DNA of 64,000 nucleotides from Lama guanicoe (Eukaryota): contig MU056963.1 in NCBI GenBank assembly GCA_013239625.1, positions 3,874,441-3,938,440 of the forward strand, written 5' to 3'. The notes beneath the pieces are model-generated. The model made no database searches and was not told where the DNA came from. It saw only the letters and a list, made by a program, of their open reading frames with translations. Every line of letters starts with the position of its first letter. Position 1 is the stretch's first letter. Shown here piece after piece: positions 40,401-53,691 of this stretch. The position numbers and the translations under genes were made by a program.

Positions 40401-40925
40401 CCTTACAGAAATGCTTATAGCAGCTTTATTCATGATAGCTAAAACCTGGAAATGCCCTTCAATGAGTGAATGATTAAACAGACTATAGTACCTCCCAATG
40501 ATGGAGTACTTCTCAGTAACAAAAAGGAACAAACTATTGTTACATCCAAAAAGCTGGGTAAATCTACAGAGAATTTTCCTGAGCTAAAGTCAATCCCAAA
40601 AAGGATACATACTATATGATTCTTTTTATATAACATTCTTGAAATGATAAAATTATAGGTAGGGAAAACAGATTAGTGGATCCCAGAGGTTTAGGAGGGG
40701 GATGGGATAGGAGGGAGGAGGATGTGACTATAAAAGGGTCAATTTTATGTATGCTCAACTTTTCTGTGTCTTGACTGTATCAGTGTCAATATCCTGGTTA
40801 TTATATTATACTAAATTTTTGCAAGATGTTATTATTGGGAAACTGGGAAAGGATACAGAGGATCCATCTATATCATTTCTTACAACTGAATGTCAGTCTA
40901 AAATTATCTCAAATTTTTAAAAAAT
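37430..40925 (+). mobile_element. L1MD-like element with internal deletions (endonuclease, RT, C-terminal remnants, 3' UTR)
   Basis: Endonuclease motifs (aatcctaaatgtgtatgca, ttcaacactcct); RT LIKNIY...IILNGE and ttgcagatgatttgattgtatatatagaaaat (ADD); L1MD-type 3' UTR cttgactgtatcagtgtcaatatcctgg...ttcttacaactg. Confidence 0.9.
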
Positions 40926-42444
40926 TGTTACAAAAGAAAGAATCCCCTTAAGTGCTTTTACAAGTTCAGATTCCCCAGTCTCACCTTCAAAGAATCTCAT
41001 TCACATGGTTTGGAATGGGATTTGGAAATCTGCATGTGTTTAACACATCCCCAGGGATTCTGATAGTGTGGTGCATAGACTGCTGTGAGAGGAACACTCA
41101 GATTTCATGGAAGAAGGCCATACCTCTACGAATCAGAACTGCTGTGTCCAAGCTCTACTCTGTTGCCAACCAGCTCTTTCCCACTGTCCATACCACAGGA
41201 CAAAGCGCCTCTTCCACAGAGAACTGTTCTTAGTGCGGGGTTCTGGCTAAAGGAATCTGATCTTGTAGGCACTCCTTTAACAATGCATTGGGGAATATCC
41301 ATGGCACGTTAGGTTATGAAAATGTGAAAAGCAAGCTATGGTTGTCTTTGTGAATAAAATTAAGCCAGTTAATAATTTAGCTGCAAATGCTGTATAGACA
41401 GCATAGCGGAAAACAACGTTGCCAATCCTCACATTTCAGTCGATCTTCATTGGCTTCTCAAAAGGAAAAATAAACTCACATCTTTCAGAGTGAATTTCCC
41501 TTTTAGACATGGGTAATGAGAAGAGAGAAGGCATTCTAATCTCACCAAGCATTTAGGTGTCATTAGAGGCAGGCGACTTTATGAAACTGAGTATCAATCT
41601 GACCGAGAAGAACCAGGTCTATGCAGAGCAATAGTGTAGTCGGAAAAAATAAGATTCAAAGGAAAATAATTGAGATTATCTTTGGATTTGGAAAAAAAAA
41701 ATTTAGTAGCTACACATGGCCTAAACTGCTTGCCTGTCTTCTGCCTAGAGTTCTCTCTGGATAGGAATTACCACGTTCGGAATACAATTTTAGATAAAAG
41801 ATGATGGGGAATATACTAGACTTCTGAATATTACCAGGAACCAGGTTTCTCCCTCCTCAGGCCTTAAGATAGAGTCTGATTGACAGCACTAATCAAAGGG
41901 AAATGTACTGATCAACAGAAAGGGAACACATTGGGTTAAATAATCAATGTATAAAATGTATTTGATTAGAGGTTTTTAAAAAGAAAAGGCATAGTTATAA
42001 GACAATGCACATTTGAGAATAGTTTGCATGTTTCTTTTACAAAAATTATAATGTGTTTTATCAGTAGAATTAGCTAACCATGATTCAGTCCTCAAGAAGA
42101 ACAAGTGTCCTGGTCAATAAGACACTTAAGGAGAATCAGACGTGATAAAAAGGAAGCAAATATGCAGTCCCAACATCCTCGTAATCACAAGTGAAAAAGA
42201 AGTACAGGGGATAATACAAAGGGCAATTACCTAGACCATATATGGAAAGGTTTGGATTGTAGATTAGGAATTTTAGAAGGTTGGGTTTACTGATGATTTT
42301 TAAGAATTGGGGGTATGGTGTCTGCCTCCCATTCACCAGCCTGTTAATAATATGAGTAGTCCAAGATTTCATGAGTCAAAATGGCTTTGTCTGTCCTGCC
42401 TGACAGCATCTCTGAGCTGGAAATGGCAGGGGCAACTTTCCTGG

Positions 42445-42545
42445 CCAGAAACTACCACAACATTGTAAGTCAACTAGACTTCAATAAAAATAAAAAGTAA
42501 AAATACATTTTAAAATAATTTAAAATTATAAAAAAGAAAAGAAGA
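42445..42545 (+). mobile_element. Short 5'-truncated L1 tail
   Basis: cagaaactaccacaacattgtaagtcaactagacttcaataaaaa followed by an A-rich tail. Confidence 0.75.
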
Positions 42546-42561
42546 AACAGATAGCATAGGA

Positions 42562-43181
42562 TAGGAGTCTCCAACTTTCTTCATGCCAAAGAACACTGAG
42601 AAAATGGTAATATTTGTGTAGCACACTGAGGTAAACTAAAGAGGACTGAGAAACCTCTATATGAACCTCCTAAATAAAAACTCATTACCTTTTCCTTATA
42701 TTATTAAGGTAAGAAAAATAAAATGCAAAAAGTTAGAGAGGGCATTAAACACAGAATTTTTGTAAAATTTCCAATTAAAATCTTTCAACCATTTTTAATG
42801 AAGCCATTTTAACCATTTTTAAAAAAAACCTTGAATTAACAAGTTATGTGCACGGCCATAGTTTGAATGGTTTTATTCAACTTCTGTTCCAGACATTTTA
42901 ATGATCTCTATAAATTTTTGATGGGCACCATAGAGAGAAACTTTATTCTTACTAATAGATGATTTTTTAAAGTGTAAATCCTTTTATGCAACCATTCAAA
43001 AATTTACAACAGCTGAAATTATATTGAAAGAATTTAAGAGCACTTCCACTGACAAATGTAACTGCAATTTTTATAATATGAAGAGATTTTTCAATCCAAC
43101 TGAACTTTTCATATCAAGTATTTCAAAATAATGATGAAGCCCTGATTTGCAGAACACATATACTGGTAAAAGAGAACCCTG
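42562..43181. mobile_element. hAT-Charlie-type element (Charlie18a-like end)
   Basis: tccaactttcttcatgcca...gaaaatggtaatatttgtgtagcacactgaggtaaa; possible far terminus gagaaccctg; no TSD seen. Confidence 0.5.
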
Positions 43182-43519
43182 CACAGAGCTTGGAGATTAC
43201 TGACAGGACCCATTTATGGCGAATGGACAAAAATATCTAGTGTTTGACAAGGAGTGTCTGGATTCCTGTCTGGAAGTACAGTCACGAGGAAACTCCCACT
43301 GAGCCTCCCCATCTCTAACTGGCATCACCTTAAACTGCACCCATGGCCAGTACACCTAGAGCGTAAGATCACCCAGTCGTGCATGGACTTCTTATGCATT
43401 ATAGGCAGTAGGATGCTCTGCAGCAAGATGCTGGAGGAGATGCTCAAGCGATAGGCATGCCTCAGGTCAGATGAGGTACCTGAAGTCCTTCCCCATCCCC
43501 AGCACACATGGGGAATGTG

Positions 43520-44342
43520 CAACAGGAAATTTATACATTGCTAGTTGGAATGCAAAATGCTACAGCCACTTTGGAAGGGAGTTCAGTGGTTTCTTACAAA
43601 ATTAAACATACTCTTACCATATGATCCCTTACTATTTATGCCCCAGCAATTATGCCCCTTACTATTTACCCAAATGACCTAAAAACTTTTGTCCACACAA
43701 AAATCTGCACATGGGTATTTGTAGCAGCATTATTCATAATTGCCAAAACTTGGGAGACACAGAGATGTCTTCCAGTAGGTGAATGGGTAAGTAAGCTGAA
43801 GCAATGGAGTATCATTCAGTTCTAAAAAGAAATGAGCTATCAAGCCATGAAAACACATGGAGAAAACTTAAATGCATATTACTTAGTGAAAGAAAAATGA
43901 AGTCTACGAAATATATGATTCCAATTATATGACATTCTGAGAAAGGCAAAACTATAGGGACAGTGAAAAGATCAGAGATTGTTGGAGAGTGAGCAGGGGT
44001 GTGCGGAGGAGATTAGAGGTGAGTAGACAGAGCACAGAGGATTATCAGGGCAATGAAAATACTGTGTGATATTATAATGATAGACATATGCCATTATCCA
44101 TTTGCCCAAACCCAGTGAATGCACAGGACCAAGAGTGAACTCAGGCAAACTATGGACTTCAGATGATTATGATGTGTCAATGTTGGTTTATCTTTAGTAA
44201 AAAATATACCACTCTGGTGAGTGATGTTGATAATGGGGGAGGCTATGTATGTGTGGGGGCAGGGATTATATGGGAAATCTCTATGCCTTCTTCTTAATTT
44301 TATTATAAACTTAAAATTTCTCTAAAAAAATAGTCTTTAAAA
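43520..44342 (+). mobile_element. L1MC1-like 3' end
   Basis: ggaatgcaaaatgctacagccactttggaa; aaatgagctatcaagccatgaaaa; ccaagagtgaac...aaactatggactt...tgatgtgtcaatg; tatatgggaaatctct. Confidence 0.9.
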
Positions 44343-44699
44343 GATAAAGGAGTTGTCATTTACTGAGATGTGGAACAGGTTTGTGGAACTGATCTAGGGA
44401 TGAGTTTTAGAATGGTAAATTTGAGAAATGTATTACTAAGTGTAAATGCTGAGTAAATATATGGACATATGTGTCTGGAGTTTAGGAGGAGAGGAAGCAA
44501 GAAAGATCCATGGAGGTGTAGATATGCAAAACAAGAGACTTGGAACTGAATGTTAACTGTTAGGAAAAGAGACAAGTAATATAAAATGTCTGATGTATAT
44601 GAATCTCAAAGGTCAAAGAGTGGGTCCTGAAAAGAGTGATATAGAATTAGGAACTTTCCAATAACCAGCCCTATAGCCTGAGAAGTTTTTGTTTGTTTG

Positions 44700-45632
44700 T
44701 TTGTTTTAATGCAGACCTAATTATGCCACAACTCTGCTCAAAACTCTTGAATGGCTCCCCAAGTCTAAGAATGAAACCCAAACTCCTTAGCATAACTTGT
44801 GCCTTCCTCATGTAGCACCTGCTTACTGGTTCATTCAGCCTCATTTCTTGCCCCAATCCCTCTCCTCCCTAAAAGCATTCTCCTCTTCAAAGAGACTGAA
44901 TGACTTCTCAAAACTCAGTACTTCCCACTATCTCTGATTTTGCCCTCCCCGACTGTCTTACCGAGACTAACCCACACTGCTTTTACAAGTTTGTGATGAG
45001 GTATCATTTCATACTTCATTTTAATTGCCTTTTAACCCACTAGATTGCCAACTCTGTGAAAAACAGTGTATTTGTTTCCTGCGGCCATAACAAATGACCA
45101 AAAATTGGTGATTTCCAACAACAGAAATATCTTCTCTCACAGTCCCGGAGACCGGCAGTCAGCTTCACTAGGCTGAAACAAGGTGTGAGTAGGGACATGC
45201 TCCCTCTGGAGGCTCCAGGGGAGAACACTTTACACTGCTTTTCCCCACCTCTGGAGGCTGTCTTCTCTCCTTGGCTCATGGCTCCATATCACACTGCCCT
45301 TTTCTACCCCTGCTTCCGTCGTCATATTACCTTCATTCGCTTTTCTCAAATATCCCTGTATCTTCTTATAAGGACACCTGTCACTGCATCTAGAGCCCAC
45401 CCAGATAATCCAGGATAAACTCCCATCTCAAGATCCTCAACTCCATCACTTTTGCAAACTGTCTTTTGCCATGTAAGGTAACATACTCACAGGCTCATGG
45501 ATTAGGACTTGGAATCTGTGGGCCATCACTCAGCCTACCAGTCAAGACAGGGACTGTTTTGCTCACCACTAACCCCCAACAGCTAGTGCTGTTACATAGT
45601 AAGTTCTCAGCTTACATTTCTGAATGAATGAA
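44700..45632 (+). mobile_element. L2 3' region interrupted by MLT1D
   Basis: ctctgctcaaaactctt...atggctcccc...agaatgaaacccaaactcctt; ends tgaatgaatgaa. Confidence 0.7.
45067..45540 (-). mobile_element. MLT1D-like solo LTR
   Basis: tgtatttgtttcctgcggccataacaaatgacca...gcccacccagataatccaggataa...ccatgtaaggtaacatactcacagg...cagcctacca. Confidence 0.88.
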
Positions 45633-46189
45633 TTTGGTGAGTTTTTATCACCCGAATACTTCATTAAGCTTCCCTGTTAGATATAATGAGAGAAAAGTCA
45701 TCATCTCCTATCGACTTATTGTTGATAAACAAGTTTTATTTCAAGCAAAAACTTACTCTTGAAGTGTCAGATTTGACAAAGTTTGTTAAACTACAGGGAG
45801 AAAACAAACTTGGTCAGGTTTTTGAGTTGAAATACAGAAAAGGCCACTAGGGTTCTTATCAAATTTAAATCTTACTATAAACTTCTAATTGCCTCCACAA
45901 AACTTAAATAATAAATCCTTCTGGGAAGACCAGTGCTTTCTGTGAAAATGGTTAATGAGGGTTGGTAGGGAGGATTTAGTGTGAGTGAGGTCCTGGGAGT
46001 CCAGATCCCAAGGACACAGGCAAGGCTTGATTTTCTTAGCTTTATCATCCCAAAATGCCTCCTTTCTGATTAAGTCCCAGTAATGTTTTCCTTACATGAC
46101 ATAGTTCATTTAAGAGTTTAAATGTCTAAGAAAACTATATAAAGGAAATATGAAACATAGTTTGTGATATTAAAGAGGATGTAAGTAAG

Positions 46190-49034
46190 AGCTAATCCGG
46201 GTACATGACCACCCACAATAGACATTTCCCACCATCCCTCCTACTTGAGTGTAGCCAGGTAACTAATTGCTAGCCAATGGGACAGAAGTGGAAGTTGTGT
46301 GTGCAACTTCTGATAAGTACCATTAAAGGAAAAAGGCAAGCCCTTCTTTGCTTCCTTTCTCCTTACTACTAGCTAGAAAGTGGGCATGATGACTGGGGCT
46401 CAAGCAGCTATTCTAGATCATGAGGCAGCAGGTTAAGAATGTCAAAGCATCAAGATAGAAGGAGCTGAATCCTGGTAATTATGGAACCATACAAATCCCA
46501 AATTGCCCATCTCTGGTCTTCTACATTACACAGAAAAATAATTCTATCTTGTGTAAGCCACTGTTATTTTGATTTATCTGTTACTAATAACTGAATCTAA
46601 TCCAAAGTGATTCAGAAGGTAGGTACCTAGAAGTGGGTGCTGCAAAAACAAACAAACAAAAAAAACAAAAAAAAAAAGGGTACTTAAAAAAAAAAAAAGG
46701 TCTTGATTTAATGGATGTGGTAGACATCCAGTGATAAGGATCTAGTTACTGCAGAGTAAAAATTGAGTGACCTTTGTTTTATAATGGCACTGCTCTGGGG
46801 CAGTCAAAATTCTTAGTCAAACTGAAACTTGTTCACCTTGCAAGGCAGACCACACGCCCAACAAGGCATGTAGCTCTAAGGGAAATGACAGAAAAGATTC
46901 AGAACCAAAAGATTCTAGTTGGTGATTGTTGGCTACTTCTTTCCACTTTTAGCAGAAATCTACAAGAAAAAGTTAAGTTCAGGCCAAAGCTAGCCAGCGT
47001 GCAAGCCCAGATGGAAGGGAATTCATCACTGCTACAGGAGGCACCCTCTGCCTACCTCCTGAAATCTAGGTTTATTGAGAATTCAGTGATTCAGAACATT
47101 GCTAGTTGAAAAGGTTTATAGCTTCAGTATCTCATTCTGAAGCAGCAAGGGGAGATAGGGGGATAGCTAAGAAGTTTAAGACTCTGGCAGATTATATGTA
47201 TGCCCACCATACAAAGACTGAACATACTGGCAAAGATGGTATTAAGGGTGTTTCCTTCACCTCCGATGAGTTATTTCAGGCAGTCACAAGAAAGTCACCA
47301 TTAACATGAAGAGTGGGAGGAGAGAGATCAAAAGTCTTTAAAAAATCAGTCTTAAAAATCAGGTTTATTCAAGACTTTGACTGTAGTCACTTACACATGG
47401 AATTGCCCAGAAGTGGGTACACTGAAAGCCTGTTTTTCTGTTTCATTTTATGTTAGAGAGTTGTATTGGCAAAATCTGCATGCCCAGTCTGCATCTATCT
47501 CATATTAATTATTTTTCACAGCCTAACAAACCACTCTTAACTTAGTAGTATGAAACTACAACAATATTTTATTGCTATAACTGTCATCCCTCACAGTTCT
47601 GGGAGATAACTGTGCTCAATTAGGTGGTTCACACTTAAAGGCACTCATGTAGTTAAAATTAGATAGGGTCTGGTGCTCAAGTCATCTTAACAGTTTCTTC
47701 ATTCATGTGTTTGGTGGTGGTTGACACTGGCTGTGGGCTAAAACTTCAACTAAGTCTGCAATTCAGAATACTTCATGTGACCTCTCCACATGGCCTGCCC
47801 TTCCTTGTAACATGGCGACTGGTTTCCAAGGGGTAAGTACGCCAGAGTCAGGTAGAAGCTGTATCATCTTTTACAACCTAGCCTTGAAAGTCACATGATG
47901 CCATTCTACCATATTCTGTTGGTTGAAGTAGTCACAAAGCTCCAAGTTTCCAGGAGAGGGGGCCATAGACTCTACTTCTTGATGGGGAAAGAGCCAGGTT
48001 GTAAGAAGAACTGGATGTGATGAGAGGCATCATTATAACCATATTTGGAAAATACAAATCTGTAACTGTCTGGCCTTCAAATTACAATTCCTGAGCCTCT
48101 CACCCCCAAGACAGCAAAACAGTAAGGGATCTGAAAAGATTTCAAGGCCCTCAAGACAACCCATTGCTGCCCTCAGAGATGTCCTTGGAGGTAAATGGAA
48201 ATGGAAAAAATCTTCTCTGGCACAAAGCCAGAACCACAGAGGACAATGGATAACAGTTCCTCCCAAAGAGCTAGAGGTCTGGGTGGTAACTCAGTGACTG
48301 ATGGGCGTTTCCCATTCTCCCCATTTCTGAATGGGGTATTTTATTGAAATTAGCCTGGTTCTTCTCCACTACTGAATGTTGGATGTGTTATGGAAGACAA
48401 CTTGTTTTGAATTTTGAGGTCACCAGAACTAAGGAGTCATACCGAGACCTGATGGATAGGCTTGCCTATCTCCAGAGATCTTGGACTTTGAATTGGAATT
48501 AGTAACTTAATGGGATTCAGGGCTAGCTCTCTAAGAATGAAGAGAATGTGGGCACAAAACATGGGGTCCAAATTTGTCCCAAATATTCATATTCCCTTTT
48601 GTCCATAGGAACGGAAACATTCACTTTTAGCTAAGGTACCTGGCACCACAGAAAATTTACTATATACCCCAGCATCTTTTGGAACTGGGTGTTGGCATAT
48701 AATGAAGTTCCAAAAGATGGAAACATCATGTGTAATTTCCAGAAAATGTCCTTAAAGGGAGAAGATATGCCATTCATCAAACCCTTCTCCTTCTTGCTTA
48801 CTAGAAAACCAATGTGATGTCTGGAATTCAAATGGCCCACTTGGGCCATGAGGCAGTGCACACTAAGGTGGTAGACAAGAAGTTCACTGTTCCTTGATGC
48901 CTCGTAAGCTTTCATAGTAATCCTGGAATGTCTATTTTCAGGTTCCTTTACGTGAGAGAAAAACAAACTTCTGTTTAAGATGCTATTTGTTTAGGCTTCT
49001 GCTGCTAACAGCAAATCAAATCTTAATTACTGTA
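46190..49034 (+). mobile_element. MLT1J-like MaLR provirus: 5' LTR (~46190-46614), internal region (46615-48546), 3' LTR (48547-~49034)
   Basis: Two co-oriented MLT1J-type LTRs; MaLR-internal start ggtacctagaagtgggtgctgc; internal 3' motifs gagacctgat...cttggactttg; remnant ORF motif CWLLLSTFS. Confidence 0.78.
47501..48066 (-). mobile_element. MLT1G-like solo LTR nested in the MLT1J internal region
   Basis: taacaaaccactcttaacttagt...cctagccttgaaagtcaca...atagactctacttcttgatgggg; 5-bp TSD-like tatct (47496-47500) / tgtct (48067-48071). Confidence 0.82.
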
Positions 49035-49179
49035 GCATATAGCTGAATGAGGGACAATTCTATAATATGAGACAGATTAAAATTAACATTAATTATATAA
49101 TGACATCCTGTTCACACAAAAGCAAGTGATAAAACGTGATACAGGGAAGTCCTCCTCCTCCACGTAGTAGCCAAAGACT

Positions 49180-49960
49180 TTGCTTTCAAAATGCAAATCT
49201 GATCTCGTAACTCCCAGTTTAAAACTATCTCGTAATTTCCCTTTGGACAAATCTTCTTAATCTGGAATATAATTCCCTGTATGATCTGCTACTCCTCCAA
49301 GCCTATTTAGTCCCACGGTCCCACCTACTCTCTGTAGTCTACCTACACTGGTCTTTCAGTTCCTATTGCTGAAAACTGGAGTTGTGATTACTCCCCCAAT
49401 TACATTCTCCAAAATAGGCACCTCCTCAACTATTTTAAGGTAACATGTTGACATGACAACTACTAAAAGTATGACGAGAGAAAGCATAATAAACCAAGAT
49501 TGTGATGTGTGTGAGGCAGGTGGTCAAACTGTGGCTCTTATGTTCATTTCCCCAACTCCTGACCTGACTCACCCCTAGGCTCACTGTCCTAATTTTAGAA
49601 CCAAGCTCTGCCCTCGACCTTGGTCATCATGCTCCTTCCCACATCAGGCTCCTCCATCATCTCTTCATCCAGATGACTTTTATTCATTCTTCAGGTATCA
49701 AATATCCCTGTCAGATTTCCCTATTATAGTAGCTCATCATGCCATGTAACTTTGAATGATTACTTGATATGTCAGTTTTCTCATGGAGCCATGTGTATCT
49801 GTTTCTGCAAATATTTGATCAATGTCAGTTTCCCCCCAAATAGGCTGTATAGTCCACGAGTCAGAAAAGACAGTGGTTTTAGCTCATGAATGCATCCTCA
49901 GAGTAGAGCACTATGGCTAGAATATTGTAAGCTCTCAATAAATGTCTGTTGAATGAATAA
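49180..49960 (+). mobile_element. L2 3' remnants
   Basis: aaaatgcaaatctgatctcgtaactcc...; ends ctctcaataaatgtctgttgaatgaataa. Confidence 0.7.
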
Positions 49961-50309
49961 TTGAGATGCTCAGGGCTTCGCCAAAAAGAAAAAAAAGTGA
50001 TAGGGTGAGAATGAGAAGAAAAGCTGGGCAGAAAGCACATAGTCACAGCACCATAAACATGGATGACAAATTTAGGAGAAATTAACCAATGCGCTGCAAA
50101 GCAGTATTGTAAAGGATGAGAGAAATATAAAAGGGATATAAAGCATTGTTGCTGCCCTTAAGAAATGTACAATTTAGGGTATTATAAAAGAAAAAATAGT
50201 CAACCAACCATGAGAGGCAGAAAAAAATGTGTTACATCAGTAGGACCAACAAACAACATGCCATAGATTACATCAAGAAAAATTAAAACAGGTTAGAAAA
50301 AGTCAGGAA

Positions 50310-50510
50310 TAACAATAATTTTTGTGTTTCTTGTTAGGTACCAGGGACTGTATTAAGCACCTAACATATTATCTTATGTAATCTTTACAATTACCAATGA
50401 GTAAGGTGGTTATACCCTTATGTTAAAGAGTTTAAATATTCCTAACAAAGTTTATATATAGAATGCCAGAATTTGGACCCTAACATTTCTGAATTTAAAA
50501 CCAGTACACT
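50310..50510 (-). mobile_element. MIR
   Basis: taccagggactgtattaagcac...attatcttatgtaatctttacaa. Confidence 0.65.
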
Positions 50511-50899
50511 ATTATCTGTGCTATGAAGACAAAAGCTCAGCTGTACTCCTAAGAATGGGTTGGAATTACATAAGCACAAAGAAAGTATGAAGGACAATCA
50601 GTCAAGGAGTATAGTGTGAACCAAAAAAGCGATGAAAATTAAGGTGTAATTACTGGATACCTTGGTCTAGCCAAAGCTAGAAAGACCATGAAGTAGCGGA
50701 CTTTGAAGTAAACTTGGAGATAGAATTTGGATCAGAACAAGGAGAGCCTTCAACAGCAGAACGAGGTATACTAGGCTTTTTTCTCAAAAGCAACTGAAAG
50801 TTACTGTAAGGTCCTGAGTTGGCAAATGGCAAAATGGGAATGAAGTGATGGTCTGGTTGGACTGAGATGGGAGAAGAAAACAGATTCCCATAGGAAAAC

Positions 50900-51204
50900 T
50901 CAGCATACTTGAGATCAAAGAATGTTAAAACTGAGGCCTCTGAATCAACAGCCTAAAGAAGCTGTACCCTGCCGATGACTGTGCAATCTCAGAAGAAAGT
51001 CCTTCCCCAGCTGAACCTTCACATGAGATGCCAACCCTGACCAGTGATTTCATTACAGCCTTTTGAGAGAGCCTGAAGCAAAAAACACAGGGAGGCAGTG
51101 CTCAAAATTCCTGGCCCACAGAAATGGTAGGCTAATAAATTGTGTGTTGTTTTAAGCCACTAAGTTTATGATAACTTGTCATACAAGAATAGACAATTAA
51201 TAAC
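50900..51204 (+). mobile_element. MLT1E-like LTR 3' part
   Basis: aactgaggcctc...ccttccccagctgaacctt...ttcctggcccacagaaa...tgttgttttaagccactaagttt. Confidence 0.8.
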
Positions 51205-51995
51205 ACACTACTGAAAGAAAAGGCCAAGTTTTCTTTGAGGCAATGGAAGAATCAATTGTAGTTTCCATAAAGCACAGGGAATGGTCCATGTTTCTGAAGA
51301 CAATAAATTGGTGGACAGTGAAAACCTGAGAGAGTGAGTATAAAAGTTTCAATTAGGATATTTGGCAGTGAAAGAAGAAAAATGAAATTATGCATGCTGG
51401 AAATTAAGATAAAAGGCTTTGAAAGAAGTTTGGAGATATAGTAAGATACTGCTAGAAGTAGGGTTTCTCTAGAGAAACAAAAATCTGTACAAACAATGTA
51501 CATTGGCAGTAAGATGGGAAGCAAAAAAGGAATAAGTGAATAAAACCACTGTGTATGCACAAACTTGGAAACCTCAGGTAAAATTCAGCAGTTCTTGGAT
51601 TTTCTCTCTCAGTGCCCATCTTCCACTTTCAGCACTATCTAATCAATAAATAGTACAACTCCAATGACCAGAGTATCCCTGGAGAAAAATAAACTGTGAA
51701 GGTATTGCTTTAAAATATTAACTATCAATTTGGAATAATATAACTAGAAACTGGCACCTTTCCGCAGGTACTCTTCCATATTAGCTTCAATTTTTCTAAT
51801 TTGTTTCAAGTTGATTTTCATTCAAATACTCCTTTCTTAATAAGCACACATTTTAAAAGTCCAGTGGTTGCACATGGGCTTTATTTCCCTTTAAAAGAGA
51901 GAATTTCAATGATCTATTCTACTCTTCCTCCAACTGGTGATTTGGACACCGGCACAGAGAATGCCAAAATATAACTGACAACCAAGGACATAGTG

Positions 51996-52232
51996 CATTG
52001 ACTCTTGAACGACACAGGTTTAAACTGCATGGGTCCACTTATTCATGGACTTTTTTTCCAATAGTAAGTGCTACAGTACTACATGATAGGCGGTTGGTTG
52101 AATCAGCAGATGCAAGAAACAGCAGGTCTGGAAGAACCACATATATACAGAAAGCAACTATAAATTACACATGGATTTTCACCTGTGTGTAAAGTCAGCA
52201 CTCCTAACCCCACATTGTTTAAGAGTCAACTT
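51996..52232. mobile_element. MER8 / Tigger2-derived MITE
   Basis: TIRs cattgactcttgaacgaca ... tgtttaagagtcaact; ~237 bp; internal ggtccacttat and gttggttgaatc. Confidence 0.85.
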
Positions 52233-53401
52233 TCTACGGCATCCACTTATAACAGTGTTTTAGTTCAAAGAAAGAGAAATTCTATACTACACAGGCACAT
52301 AAGAAATATTTAAACTGTAAATGACCACTTAACCCAAACCAACAAAAGGAATCTTCTCAATGTCCTACAGAAACTATCTTAGGCAGGGAGGACTATTTCC
52401 CCATCCCAACGCTCCAACAAGCAGAAAAGAGACACCAATGCACAGAGAGATTGTTCCTCAAGTGATTCACAGGCATTTAGAAGGTGGCATATTGAAGACG
52501 ACCAACATGCCTTCTGTTCCAGCAGGGCCTTTATTTATGCAGGAGTTGTGAACGTGACAAGTACAATAACCCCATCTATTTTGTTCATCCACTATCTTGC
52601 ACACTTACAGCACAGGCATTCAAGAAATATTTGAATAAAATGCCATTCAAGCAGAGCAAGAAAGCAAGCATACTGCTGACGTAAACTGTTTATTTCCTAG
52701 AGAAACTAGACAAACATAATGAGGATTATCTATATTTAGTATAAGAACCTTAATGTATAAGGAGGCAACCCTGCCAATGCAGAGAATGAATGCTGTGGAA
52801 GGTCAGCAGAATCAAGCACTGATGGGTCGACACACAGAACCAAGATGAAGAAATTGACAGGCTGGACAGGACCAGAACTGAGACAATTCCCACCCAGAGG
52901 GGCTTTACCAGTTCATTGCAGTACAAGGGTGGAAGGTAGATATTAGAACCACAAAATGTCATTTTTATCATTTATTATACATGTGATCATGCATGTTTTA
53001 TATGTGAATAATACATAGGTATGTATTTTATATGTTTATTTTATATGTAACCGTATTCTGGAGTGTGAATTATCATTTTCAATGTATCCTTTATAATTAC
53101 CACTATAAAGCCCTACAATTTAAAAAAAAAAAATCTTAAATGTTGAGAATCCCTTAAATACTGCTGAAAAGAAGACAGCTGAGCCAAAAGAAAAGACCTG
53201 AAATGGCCTTCAAGATTCTGGTGCTGCTTAGAAAAGCGTATTCAAATAAGCTTGTCCCTGCCTGGGACTGAGCACTCCATATACTATTCGACAGTGGGAA
53301 TGGGGGTCAGAGTAGCCGTTGCAACATTTTCAGCAGTATCACAAGTTTGGAAACATCTTCGAGCTTCAAAGCTGAAGATGCTCAAACACAGTCTGAAGCA
53401 A

Positions 53402-53691
53402 CTCATCAGTCAGGATTCTCCAGAGAAACACAACCAATACGATATATTTGGCAAATCTGTACAACAGGCCAGCAAGCTAGAAACAGGCAGAATTCTCTCT
53501 CCTCTAGGAAGCCTGTTTTTGCTCTTGAGATTTTCAGCTGATTGGATGAGGCCCACCTACATTTACTTAATCAGATGTCGATGTCAAACATATCTAGAAA
53601 ATAATTTCACAGCAACACCTAGACTAATGATTGACCATACAACTGGGTACCATAGACCAGTCAGGTTGGCACATAAAATTTAATCATCACA
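53402..53691 (-). mobile_element. MLT2 (ERVL) solo LTR, MLT2D-like
   Basis: agtcaggattctccagagaaaca...ctgattggatgaggcccacc...cagcaacacctagacta...acataaaatttaatcatcaca; accounts for ORF 53252..53683. Confidence 0.88.
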
